Assembly: GCA_965261545.1 (NCBI GenBank)
Contig: CBDHDF010000010.1
Coordinates: 1,024,001-1,088,000 of the forward strand
Direction: 5' to 3'
Length of the DNA stretch: 64,000 bases
DNA from: Bdellovibrionales bacterium
Lineage (GTDB): Bacteria; Bdellovibrionota; Bdellovibrionia; Bdellovibrionales; UBA1609
The notes beneath the pieces were generated by a model, which saw only the letters and a program-made list of their open reading frames with translations, was not told where the DNA came from and did not search any database. The position numbers and the translations under genes were made by a program. Below, one piece after another: positions 41,064 to 50,806 of the stretch (position 1 is the stretch's first letter; each line of letters begins with the position of its first letter).

Positions 41064-42587
41064 TTAGTGGCGGCAAGCATTCTCCCAGTGCTCTGAACCT
41101 CTTAAATTTTCATTAGGTTGACGGCAGACTCTTGGCTCCTCTTTTCGATGACTTTTTGCTGAAATAACTTTCTCAACTCCACGAACCCTAATGTCACTTA
41201 AAGCTGCATCTACAAAAAATGAGCAAGCCTGCTCCAAAGAAGCTGTTGAATACCGTTTTCTTAGATTGAGTATCCCCTGAACACGACGAAGATACATAAG
41301 CGGATGGCGAGGCTCTTTGATAAGCCGCTCGGCAACTTTGTGAATGCTTTCTCCAAGGCTTGATGCCTCTTTAAGTACATTTTGTGGCGTTTGCTCTAAA
41401 ATGGCCCGGTGGGACTCAGGGAGATGAGATTTTGTCGTAAAGTAGCGCCCTCGACTGCCCTGGGGGATGTGATGTATCGCCACCCGCTCTAATTCTGAAT
41501 AAACCTCCAAGCATTGTTGGCTAATACGAATATCTAACTTCTTGCCGCGATGCTTATAAGGAACAGAGTAAAAATTGTAGTTATATTGAATGTGACAATC
41601 CGGATGAACCTTGGAATGCTTCCAGAATCCACTCTCATAGCGTCTTTCAGGAAGAGGATTCAATTTTGACTTCTCAAAAGATTCAAACTTCTGTCGACGA
41701 CTCAACCCATACTTTTTTTGAATACGATCATTGAAAATAGCTGCCAAATGCTTCAACTCAGCGTTGATGTCTGCTAGAGAATACATTTGCCGCTCTCTTA
41801 TCTGGGGCCAAGACCAGCGCCAAAAGACTCCAAGGGTATTTTCGATAAGACTCTTGTCTTTGGGGCGAGATGGCCTCATCGCCAAAGGAGCCACATTGTA
41901 GTGATCACACAAGAGGTGAAACTCAGAGTTAATATCGGGGTCATAAGTATCAGCTCTTGTCACTTGAACCTTTGCGTTATCAAAAGCAATGGTTCCGGTC
42001 ACACCACCAAAAAACTCAAAACCAGAAGCTATGGAGGAAAAAACATCTTCCCGCTGCTCTGTTAATGTGGCGCATGGAAAGAAAAACTGACTCGATGGAA
42101 GTATCATTCCAAATAATCGACATGGGATGAACTCCCCAGTCTTGGCATCTGTATAGCCAAAACAAGAGTCTTTTCCCTTATAGTCAAACTCACTCCGTTC
42201 ACCAGGGGTGAATGTCTGGTGCATATCAAGCTTTATACTTGGGTGCCTCCGACGAAACTCTCTCCAAAAAGAAAGATAACTCACACCGTCAATCTCGGAC
42301 TGAATATGTCGCTCCCAGTAATGAGCCAATTGAGTCCCTAGGCTTTGCTTGAGGCGAACATCTGTCCAATTCACCTTGGATGACCATGGGGCTTGGTAGG
42401 GCCCATGCGACCCCTTTGAGCGGCTGTTAGGGCCTCCGGGACTATCCTTCACATACTTCTTCACAGTGTTCCGACTAACACCCATAGCTCGAGCTATTTG
42501 TCTCGAACTGAGTCCAAGCTCTATGTATTTCTTAATATTGTTGATCATTCTTGCTCCTTTTTTCTTACCTTGTTTGCCCATAGACAC
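41064..42587 (-). CDS. istA: IS21 transposase IstA
   Basis: N-terminal HTH, PGERSEFD, FDNAK, PKDKSLIE, YSVP. Confidence 0.95.
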   Translation of the reverse strand: MSMGKQGKKKGARMINNIKKYIELGLSSRQIARAMGVSRNTVKKYVKDSPGGPNSRSKGSHGPYQAPWSSKVNWTDVRLKQSLGTQLAHYWERHIQSEIDGVSYLSFWREFRRRHPSIKLDMHQTFTPGERSEFDYKGKDSCFGYTDAKTGEFIPCRLFGMILPSSQFFFPCATLTEQREDVFSSIASGFEFFGGVTGTIAFDNAKVQVTRADTYDPDINSEFHLLCDHYNVAPLAMRPSRPKDKSLIENTLGVFWRWSWPQIRERQMYSLADINAELKHLAAIFNDRIQKKYGLSRRQKFESFEKSKLNPLPERRYESGFWKHSKVHPDCHIQYNYNFYSVPYKHRGKKLDIRISQQCLEVYSELERVAIHHIPQGSRGRYFTTKSHLPESHRAILEQTPQNVLKEASSLGESIHKVAERLIKEPRHPLMYLRRVQGILNLRKRYSTASLEQACSFFVDAALSDIRVRGVEKVISAKSHRKEEPRVCRQPNENLRGSEHWENACRH

Positions 42588-45295
42588 CTCCTCGTTAATG
42601 CGTAGCGCAGAAAGAATATCTATGAAGATCTAAGTGGGTCAATGTTTGGTGAAATTCAGTGGGTCAAACTTCGTGAAATTGGGTGGGTCAAACCAGGTGA
42701 AATTGGGTGGGTCAAACTAGGTGAAATTTTGCATGAAGGTCCATCAAGACAAGAGAGTTATTAATAAGGCGATTTACCTAGCTCTTGGTATTACAGAGGA
42801 GGGTCAGAAAGACTTGTTGGGCCTATGGATTTCTGAAAATGAGGGTTCAAAGTTTTGGTTGAGTGTTTTGACTGAGCTGCAAAATCGAGGGTTGAAAGAC
42901 GTATTTATATTTTCTGTAGATGGTCTTACAGGTTTTCCTCAAGCCATTTCAGCGGCTTTTCCCAAGTCTAAAGTACAACTGTGCATTGTCCATATGGTCC
43001 GCAATTCCCTTCGCTATGTCCCTTCCAAGGATATGAAAGCTGTCGCCCAAGACCTCAAGTCCATTTATGGCTCTACGACTCTGACAGAAGCTGAAAAGGC
43101 CCTTGAGGAATTTTGTACCAAGTGGTCTTCAAAGTATCCGAATATTGAAAAGTCTTGGCGTAGGAATTGGGACAATCTCATCACTATTTTCGATTATCCG
43201 GATGAAATCAGAAAGATTTTTTATACCACAAACGCCATAGAGTCGTTAAATAGCGTGATCCGCAAGGCGATCAGAAATCGTAAGATATTTCCCAGTGATC
43301 GGTCGGCTTTAAAAGTTGTATATTTAGCGATAAAAATGGCCTCTAAGCGATGGACACGACCATTACACAACTGGAAGCCAGCCATGAACAGGTTTGCCAT
43401 TGAATACGGTGACCGTTTTGACAACTAAGTTTTTTAATAAATAAGGTCCCCTTATAAGGGGGCTTAAAAGCCCTCTAAGGCGTTGAGAAATGCTGGAATA
43501 CGAGACTATGGTTAGGGTAATATAGTATGGGAACCTAAATACATGCCCTCTTGGTGCAGACTTGGGTTTCCATTTTTTTTCATATTTCATCCCAATGCTG
43601 GTATTTCTCGAATATCACAAGTTAAAAAAAATAAAAAAAAGGGGGTAATATAGTATGGGAACCTAAACACATGAACCCTTTGATGAGATTGGAATTTCCA
43701 TTTTTTTGAGAGAGCTATTGCTGATTTTTTTCCAACCAAGATGATAATTATTTATTTGAGTTCTTTCCAGTTCTGATATGATCCCATTACGGCTCCATCT
43801 CCCCATTAAATTATAATGCATTGTGACTGACAAAATCGCTTGAAGGAAAAAATGTCAATTATACATTGACGAATAATATGGGGCTGTGCTTTTTACCAGG
43901 AGTGGAGCCACATAAGTGGCTTTAAGATTTAAGAAAAAAATTGCAGTTACACAATTATTTTTACAGTCCCTGGGTTTCACTTTTTTTATTTTTCTTTCTT
44001 TCATTTTCTTTCAAAATTGTCTCACCACCCAAGACACGGGATCAATACCCGAGTTTGACAGCAGCATCTGCGTCAAACGAATGATATTAAAGGATTAACG
44101 CATATAGTTGTATTTTGTTTATCCACACTTGTGGGCATTAAGGATTCTGGGAGGGATGGGGACGCCTGCGGCTTTAAATAAGGAGTTGGCATTGCCAGTG
44201 ATATCTGTGCGGGTCCAAATGACTTGATCACGAATTTTAACAGGGATAGCCCTAACTTCCTTGAGTTCCCTCATCCTCTACAACAGTTAAAGGTCGCTCT
44301 TTAACATGACCAATGCCTATGGCTGGGCTTTTTAGGTTCATCTTCTTATCTCTTAAACATTTTGTAAGGTGGGCCTCACAAAGATAAGTTAAAAAGCATA
44401 GAGTTAAATGTCCAATAATCCTCTGGTCTGTCCAATGGAAAACAGGACGTGTTTTCAAAGTCCCTTTTAACTCACCAAAAGCATCTTCAATTTTCCACAA
44501 TTCTTTGTAGTTGATAATAATCTCATCTGCCGTCAAGTCTTTGACATTTGTAAGGACGGCAAAAAAACCATCAATTTTTTCATCTAATTCTATTTGTTCT
44601 GCATTTAATTCAGGTTTTTTATTTTTGTCGTCAGCCATCTTTACATATTTCTTATAACCTTTATTGGAAACAAAAGTACTAGACTGAACACCTTTAGAAG
44701 ATAGTTTTCCTTCGATCTTTTCAAGAAGGGATTCTCTAGATTTTTTATCTCTCTCTGCTCTTTTCCTAGACCAAGTCACAATACATCTATGCCCCCCATG
44801 GTCTGTTTCGTAAACAGCAAGCTCATTCTCATATACCCAGCTAAAACGATTTAAATCATAGACCTCTTGTTTCTTTTCTTTTTTTAAAGATCCAAGCTTC
44901 ATACCAACAATAAACTCGCTTTGATCCTCACTGAGTTTGTCAGTATTAGCCTTTGATAAAAGCCCCCTATCAGCCACAAAAATGAAACGGTGTTAGGCGC
45001 CAATTAAAATTGGCCATTTTTAGAAGCCGTCGCCAATGAAAAACGGCCAGTTGATGATGTACTGATTTAGTTATTCTTCGTTCAGAGTTTAGTCAAGTGT
45101 CTTTATTTTGCTCATCATTTAACTCGGACTATGCCACAAGATTCTGAGGAATGATTTTCTGCCCACCACTTTTGGCATGACCCCAAATGCATCCTTCAGC
45201 CCTATGGCAGAGGTAAATGGAGTATTTTTCAGGATTCCTTGGCGCAGCTAATGTCTAAAGCTCCGCGAGAGTGACGAGCAAATAGTACGGTAAAA

Positions 45296-45393
45296 GCCAG
45301 TTATCCATAAATTTATCCATGGCGACACTGCGGCTGTGACCCCGATGTCTAGCAACGCAGTGCTGCTGTGGATAAATTTTGTGGATAACTGGC
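45296..45393 (+). other. 98-bp conserved hairpin with DnaA-box 9-mers (IS21-B)
   Basis: Homologue of 40080-40177; two perfect TGTGGATAA in the right arm. Confidence 0.85.
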
Positions 45394-45420
45394 GAGTTCC
45401 TTCCCCAAAAGTGGGGATCT

Positions 45421-46203
45421 CTAATGAACTTCTTTGGTTGAACTTTCCTCTTTGCTCTGTTTAGACTTGGCTTTTGCCGATTCGGTTCTCCAACTTTCTT
45501 TTCCTTCAATGTTGAGGGTTTCACAGTTGTGAATGATTCGATCAACAGCAGCAGCGGTGGTAATAGGGTTAAGAAACACCTTATCCCATTCAGAGTATGT
45601 TAAGTTTGTAGTGATCATGAGACTTTTCCTTTCATATCGCTGAGATATGAATTGAAAGAAAAGATCTGCCCCCTCTGTGCAGGAAGCTGTATAGCCAAGT
45701 TCATCACAAGCAATAAGATCAAAACGGTCTAATTTCTTAAAAAGAGCATTCAATGAGAGTTCTTTCTTGCTTTCACGCATTGTTTCAATAAGTTCATGAG
45801 TGGTGACCCATAAACATCGATAGCCTTGTTCACAGAGTGAACGAACTAGGGACATGGCCAAATGACTTTTCCCCATTCCAAAGCTTCCGTAAAACACAAC
45901 ATTACAGGCTTTTCTGACCCACTCTCCCTCTGCCATCCAATTAATTTGCTGAGCTGTCACTCCCGTTCTTTTCTGGAAGTTATAAGTTTGGAGTGATTTA
46001 AGTTGAGGAAGCTTGGCCCCCTTAAGCAATCTTTTCACTCTCTGGGAATGCTTGTCAGCAAGCTCATTTTGAACGAGTATACCTAAATACTGTTCATACG
46101 TCTTTTTTGTTTTTTCGGCAACTCTAGCCGTTGCAACATATTCATCCGCCATCGCTGGAAGTCGGAGTTTTTTAAGAGAACCTATAAGTTCTTCGTGATT
46201 CAT
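45421..46203 (-). CDS. istB: IS21 helper ATPase IstB
   Basis: GSFGMGKS, CDELGY, ITTNL, AAVDRIIH. Confidence 0.95.
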   Translation of the reverse strand: MNHEELIGSLKKLRLPAMADEYVATARVAEKTKKTYEQYLGILVQNELADKHSQRVKRLLKGAKLPQLKSLQTYNFQKRTGVTAQQINWMAEGEWVRKACNVVFYGSFGMGKSHLAMSLVRSLCEQGYRCLWVTTHELIETMRESKKELSLNALFKKLDRFDLIACDELGYTASCTEGADLFFQFISQRYERKSLMITTNLTYSEWDKVFLNPITTAAAVDRIIHNCETLNIEGKESWRTESAKAKSKQSKEESSTKEVH

Positions 46204-47669
46204 TAAGAACCTCCTATGTTTGGAACAAGACTGTCATATTGAGACAATCTAGGTTGAAGTGGTTTTTGTTGGTCATTCAAATTAATTTTGGTGGGATTGC
46301 CTAAGAGCAAATCTTTTATGGATTTAAAGTCGAAAATCTCACGACTTTCTAATTGAAGCTCCATGGCTGTAGATAAGTCCTGCCAACTCACATGCTGAAT
46401 CAAGTTGATAACTCTTAAATATTCATGCTCGGCACGGCTTGAATCTTGTTGCTTGAGGTATTGATAAAAATTTTCAAACACATTTGTTGGAAAAAGAATG
46501 GATCGGTGAGCCCATCTTACCATGGCTTGCGGCTTACGAACTAAAGAGGGAAGGATATGTTCAAGAAGAAGACTATGCTCCCCATCAGGTTTTCTTTGAT
46601 GGCGAGCGACAATTTCTTGCTTCCCTCCTGCACGATAGATCGTGACATGATAGGGACCCTGTACGGTTTTACAGGGAGATTGGATCACCTCATCAGGTAT
46701 GGAATATGTGGTTTTACCTATTCTCAAAGTCCCATAACCATTACTTTGACAAATATTCACCTTACAGAGAATATCTTCATCTCGTGGAGGCAAAGGCTTA
46801 AGAACTTTGGCCTCCTCCTCAAAGCGAGATTTGGTGGAGTCACTCTGATGCTGATCCATATAAGACTCTAAAAACTGATTCAAATGATCCCAGTCTTTAA
46901 AAACAATTCCTTTGTTTCTAACAATATTTTTTATCCGAGAACTGAAGGTTCGAATATCACGCTCCACATCTCCCTTGTCAGAGCCCTTCCCTGCGCGGCA
47001 GGGAAGAACCTTAAATCCATAGTATTGGATGGCTCGATCAAAAGATTGGGTGTAAATTCGCTGATTTCCTTTAAGAACTTTCTTCACACAGGGAGATAAA
47101 TTATCAATACGGATGTTCGCACTCATCCCACCTATCTTTTCAAAAAAAGCATGCACCCCATCGATGAAACACTCATAGACAAGAAAGGGGTAGGCACGAA
47201 CCCAACAGGTGCCACTACAAGGCAATGTTCCAAAATGGAGATGAACGATCTGAACACCATCGGCAAATGGTAAAGCAACCTTCTCCTTAAAATCAAACTG
47301 AGCCTGTTCTCCAGGATCATATCTTTGGCTGAAAAAACGCTCCTTGGGGCGAGAACCAAGAATCTCACAAACTCTTCTCTGAACCGTTCTCTCACTCCCA
47401 CGATAACCCTCCTCAACTAATAGCTCATATATTTCACGGGCGGTGTTACTTGGGTTCAACTTCAAAAAGTACTTCACCCGATCCATATATCCATTAAGGG
47501 GATCTGGGCGAGTTCTTTTGGACCTCGCCTTGTACTTCGGTGGGGTGTTGGACTTACAGTACTTGCGCACCGTCTTACGATTGATCCCTAATTCACGAGA
47601 TATTTCTGTCTTATTTTTACCACTGTGACTCAGGTCACGAATGCGGCCGAAAGTGTATTGACTAATCAT
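46203..47669 (-). CDS. istA: IS21 transposase IstA
   Basis: GAGGAGG RBS before MISQY at 47669; HTH, PGEQAQFDF, IDNL, DKGDVE, YSIP. Confidence 0.94.
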   Translation of the reverse strand: MISQYTFGRIRDLSHSGKNKTEISRELGINRKTVRKYCKSNTPPKYKARSKRTRPDPLNGYMDRVKYFLKLNPSNTAREIYELLVEEGYRGSERTVQRRVCEILGSRPKERFFSQRYDPGEQAQFDFKEKVALPFADGVQIVHLHFGTLPCSGTCWVRAYPFLVYECFIDGVHAFFEKIGGMSANIRIDNLSPCVKKVLKGNQRIYTQSFDRAIQYYGFKVLPCRAGKGSDKGDVERDIRTFSSRIKNIVRNKGIVFKDWDHLNQFLESYMDQHQSDSTKSRFEEEAKVLKPLPPRDEDILCKVNICQSNGYGTLRIGKTTYSIPDEVIQSPCKTVQGPYHVTIYRAGGKQEIVARHQRKPDGEHSLLLEHILPSLVRKPQAMVRWAHRSILFPTNVFENFYQYLKQQDSSRAEHEYLRVINLIQHVSWQDLSTAMELQLESREIFDFKSIKDLLLGNPTKINLNDQQKPLQPRLSQYDSLVPNIGGS

Positions 47670-47794
47670 AAGATCCTCCTCATTGCTAACCTTTTGAGTT
47701 GCAAAAGGGAGGGACTCTGTGAGCTTAGTATCTATATCAGAAGAAGAGACTTCATTGTCTAGTATTTGAACACTCCCTGAAGATTGGTCACTTT

Positions 47795-48169
47795 TCATTG
47801 GCGACAACCTCCATATTGAAAGTGGGACATTTTAATTGGCGACGGCTTTAAGGGAAGCCTGTCTTCAAAAAGAAATTCCATGAAAATTGAGGCAAATGTT
47901 GGAATCTTGTGGAATTTAAATACTTTAGAAAATGGGCACAGCCTAAACAGGCTTTTCTTGACTATATATTTAACCTCATTGAAATCCAGAAACAGTCTAC
48001 AAATGAGAAATATGGAACCTGAATAGGCTGTCATGGAAGGACTCTCCAACACGGAGCCCCTTTCCAGGTCGACAAGAACCCAAAAGGAGTTCTTATCAGC
48101 TCGGAGCCTTTTTATGAGTAATATCAATTGATTATATGCGTCTCGGTTGACAATGCCAAAAATCACCAT
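47795..48169 (-). CDS. Hypothetical ORF inside the left end of IS21-B
   Basis: GAGGAGG RBS upstream of ATG; 124 aa; no recognisable motif. Confidence 0.45.
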   Translation of the reverse strand: MVIFGIVNRDAYNQLILLIKRLRADKNSFWVLVDLERGSVLESPSMTAYSGSIFLICRLFLDFNEVKYIVKKSLFRLCPFSKVFKFHKIPTFASIFMEFLFEDRLPLKPSPIKMSHFQYGGCRQ

Positions 48170-49348
48170 AGGTCCTCCTCTGAAAAGTGGCCACTTTTCA
48201 TTGGCGACGGTGGGGCATTTTAATTGTCAGCTAACAAACGGCGTACATTAAACTTTTTTCTCATTTTATCAACAATATCTGAAAGCGTCTTGCCTTCAAA
48301 AGTATTACCAGGGAAAACCTCAAAACCTAAAGGGATGCCATCCCGATTCACCAACAAACCAAAGACAACTTGGGTGCAGTCTGATCGTCTCTCTTTACTA
48401 TAGCCAAATTGACGAAGTTTCCCTAAGTCTGTTCTTGTACTCTCGAAGCGTAAGGTTGTTAAATCATACAACACAATGTCTACTTGGAAATTAAATAAAT
48501 CTCGCCCCACCCAATAAAGCGAGTTCTCTATTTCATCCTTATGGGAGGCAAGTAAGTCCATAGACCGATAAATATGCTGGAGACTCAAATCACCCTTAAT
48601 CATGTCTGGGTAAAAAGATTTTTGCCAATACTCAAAAACCTTTAACTTGGAACTAGGAGCAATAAATCGGCTGGCAACTAAGGTAAAAATCACCTTACAT
48701 AAATCAAATTGAACTTTCTCATGAGAATCTTTTATGTCTTTGAGGGTCTTATTGATACCCAGTTGATCAAACAACTTTTGTAAAATCAGCAAGGGACCCA
48801 AAATGAAAGTCTCTTCGATGTAAAGCTCCTTAGCCAATTGACTCACAGTGAGAAGCTCTCGGTGGCGGGATACGGCCTGCGCCAAACTATTAATCTTATC
48901 CTCTCCTCCTTCTCCAGCCTTACCTAAGGACATGAGCATGCGTTTTTTGGATTTGCCTTTTTCTCTGTAGGACTCCACAAGGTGGTAGTAGCACTGACCT
49001 TTTGAGTTTTTAGTCGTTTGGATGTACATGAGGATATTTTCTACATATTTCTATGATATATCAATATTTAAAACGATAAAATCCTATTTTGTTTTCTACA
49101 CTTTTTTTACGTCAATTTTAATTTTTCCAGCAGCTACCATTATATTTCAGTACAACCCCAATTTCTGGAAATTTCGCATTTTAACGCAGATGCTGCTGTC
49201 AAACTCGGGAGATATTCCGATAAGTTCGATAAGTCTAAGATAATTCTAAGATAATTCTAATCTAAGTTTAATTAAATCTAATTAAGCTTGATGATAAATC
49301 CTGTCATGGTTCGAAGGGCTCGAGGAATATAAGGAGAATTATAAGATT

Positions 49349-50668
49349 GTGAAAGTGGCGAAGAAGAAAAGATTGGCATGGAGATGGGTGGGTTTCACTT
49401 TTTTTATTTTTCTTTCTTTCATTTTCTTTCAAAATTGTCTCACCACCCAAGACACGGGATCAATAGATGAGAAAAGTTCTCAGGAAAAAGGGGGGGACCC
49501 CATTGCCTTTGATACCGTGGTGGATACATTGAGCTATATGTCTTGTCAGGGAATGAGTGGGGGGTATCACAAGCGAGCTTACTTTACCTTGAAAATGGGA
49601 GCTTATCTTTCTGGCTCTGGAATCCGGTTTACCCATGATTTTTACGAAAAGGTCAAAACATACAGTCTTGAGAATAAATTAAATGAACTCAGAGGCTCGG
49701 AGAACAATGTGGGCACTTATTTGCAAATGGGTATTCATCAGCAGGGCAACTACCTTATTCCTTTTACATTGACTTCTGGTTCTGGCTCTCATTCCATGGG
49801 GAGCATCTTCCCGAAAATGTTGGGTCCTGAGCCTCTTTCCAATGATATTTATGCAGGCCAAATGGCAGAGATTCCCCAAGAAAATGGGCGCATCAACTAC
49901 TTTGGGGGGCTTTCTGATTCTGACCTAAGGATTATTGAAGGACAAATTTCTATGAATCATCTTAAGGCGAACGAGCAAGAAGTCCTACGCAACTCCCTAG
50001 AGGGAGTTGGGTCTCGCCCGGGACTTATCACTCTTGGTTACACCCAAAGTCGCCTAGAGGGTGGGCAGATTTTGGGTTCCGATCAGTCGCCTGCTAGAAC
50101 AAAGGCTTTTGGACGTGGTTATAAGGTGAGTTTTGGTCACGGGCACCTTTATGATGAGTATAGTTATCATGCTTCTGGCTCCAAGAAGAGTCCCAAAAGG
50201 CGCATTTTATCCACAGTGAGAGAAATCGCCCTCCAAGGGGACTCATCCAAAGCCACTTCTCCATGGGTTTGCCCTGAGAGTGTTCGCTTCATGGTTTTTC
50301 GTCCCTGGGATATTCGAAGTCCCAATAATATAAACTCTATACCCTGTGCTGTTGATAACAATGGCATTGAGAGACCTGTGGATAGGGCCACTCTTGAAGA
50401 TCCCCAGCGCCAAGCCATTTACAAGGTTCTTCGCCATGCCGATTGGGCCATTGACTTTGATAGGGCTTGTGTGGTGCCTAAGCAAGGGGGTGGAGGATGC
50501 TATGGGTCTTCATATAATAAAACAAATTCCATTGTGAATTACTACGGAAGTTTTGAGCAGGGTCAGTGTGATACCACAATGACCTTTGATCTCAATGGAG
50601 ATGGACGACCGGAGAGGGTCCACCTTTTATGTCCTCATTATATCAGCGTTTGTTTTCGAAGTTTATAG
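49349..50668 (+). CDS. Hypothetical lipoprotein
   Basis: AAGGAG RBS; basic N-terminus, hydrophobic core, FQNC lipobox-like motif; Cys-rich C-terminus. Confidence 0.8.
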   Translation: MKVAKKKRLAWRWVGFTFFIFLSFIFFQNCLTTQDTGSIDEKSSQEKGGDPIAFDTVVDTLSYMSCQGMSGGYHKRAYFTLKMGAYLSGSGIRFTHDFYEKVKTYSLENKLNELRGSENNVGTYLQMGIHQQGNYLIPFTLTSGSGSHSMGSIFPKMLGPEPLSNDIYAGQMAEIPQENGRINYFGGLSDSDLRIIEGQISMNHLKANEQEVLRNSLEGVGSRPGLITLGYTQSRLEGGQILGSDQSPARTKAFGRGYKVSFGHGHLYDEYSYHASGSKKSPKRRILSTVREIALQGDSSKATSPWVCPESVRFMVFRPWDIRSPNNINSIPCAVDNNGIERPVDRATLEDPQRQAIYKVLRHADWAIDFDRACVVPKQGGGGCYGSSYNKTNSIVNYYGSFEQGQCDTTMTFDLNGDGRPERVHLLCPHYISVCFRSL

Positions 50669-50766
50669 TACAACTTGTGATGGAAATTGCGTGGGAGGTG
50701 CTGGTCCCTTAGCTAGTGGTGAGCAGTTTCTTAGTGTCTATTCTATTTCGGTCCAATGAGGCAGCA

Positions 50767-50806
50767 AGGTTTTTTAGCTAGCCTCGTCGTTGTTGCTTAA
50801 GTATTT
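50767..50806. repeat. 40-bp target duplication, left copy (right copy 52720-52759)
   Basis: AGGTTTTTTAGCTAGCCTCGTCGTTGTTGCTTAAGTATTT on both sides of IS1634 copy 4. Confidence 0.95.

Larger units (their letters stand above)
39751..42733 (-). mobile_element. IS21-family element A (2983 bp)
   Basis: TG...CA ends, 4-bp DR TGAA, tandem ~24-bp end repeats (GTGGGTCAAAC...GTGAAATT), istA-istB. Confidence 0.95.
39166..43970 (+). mobile_element. IS256-family copy 2, interrupted by IS21-A
   Basis: Same IRs as copy 1; 8-bp DR TGGGTTTC; transposase split after 39750 and resuming at 42734. Confidence 0.95.
38979..44047. repeat. 256-bp target duplication, left copy (38979-39165 + 43979-44047, split by IS256); right copy 49210-49465
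   Basis: 187 + 69 = 256 bp, matching the sequence after IS1634 copy 3. Confidence 0.93.
44991..48236 (-). mobile_element. IS21-family element B (3246 bp)
   Basis: TGTTAG...CTAACA ends, 5-bp DR AACGG, CGCCAAT(T/G)AAAA end repeats, istA-istB. Confidence 0.94.
44048..49209 (-). mobile_element. IS1634-family copy 3, interrupted by IS21-B
   Basis: 26-bp IRs; split transposase; also a small frameshifting deletion near 44275 (GAGGATGAG vs GAGGCCATGAG). Confidence 0.95.

Noticed and set aside
42633..42733. Four tandem ~24-bp repeats (and two at 39751-39805) as a CRISPR array
   Set aside because: There are no spacers and no cas genes; they sit at the IS21-A ends, as expected for transposase-binding repeats.
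43916..44098. 60-aa ORF containing FQNC
   Set aside because: A chimera of the IS256 end, the duplicated lipoprotein 5' fragment and the IS1634 end.
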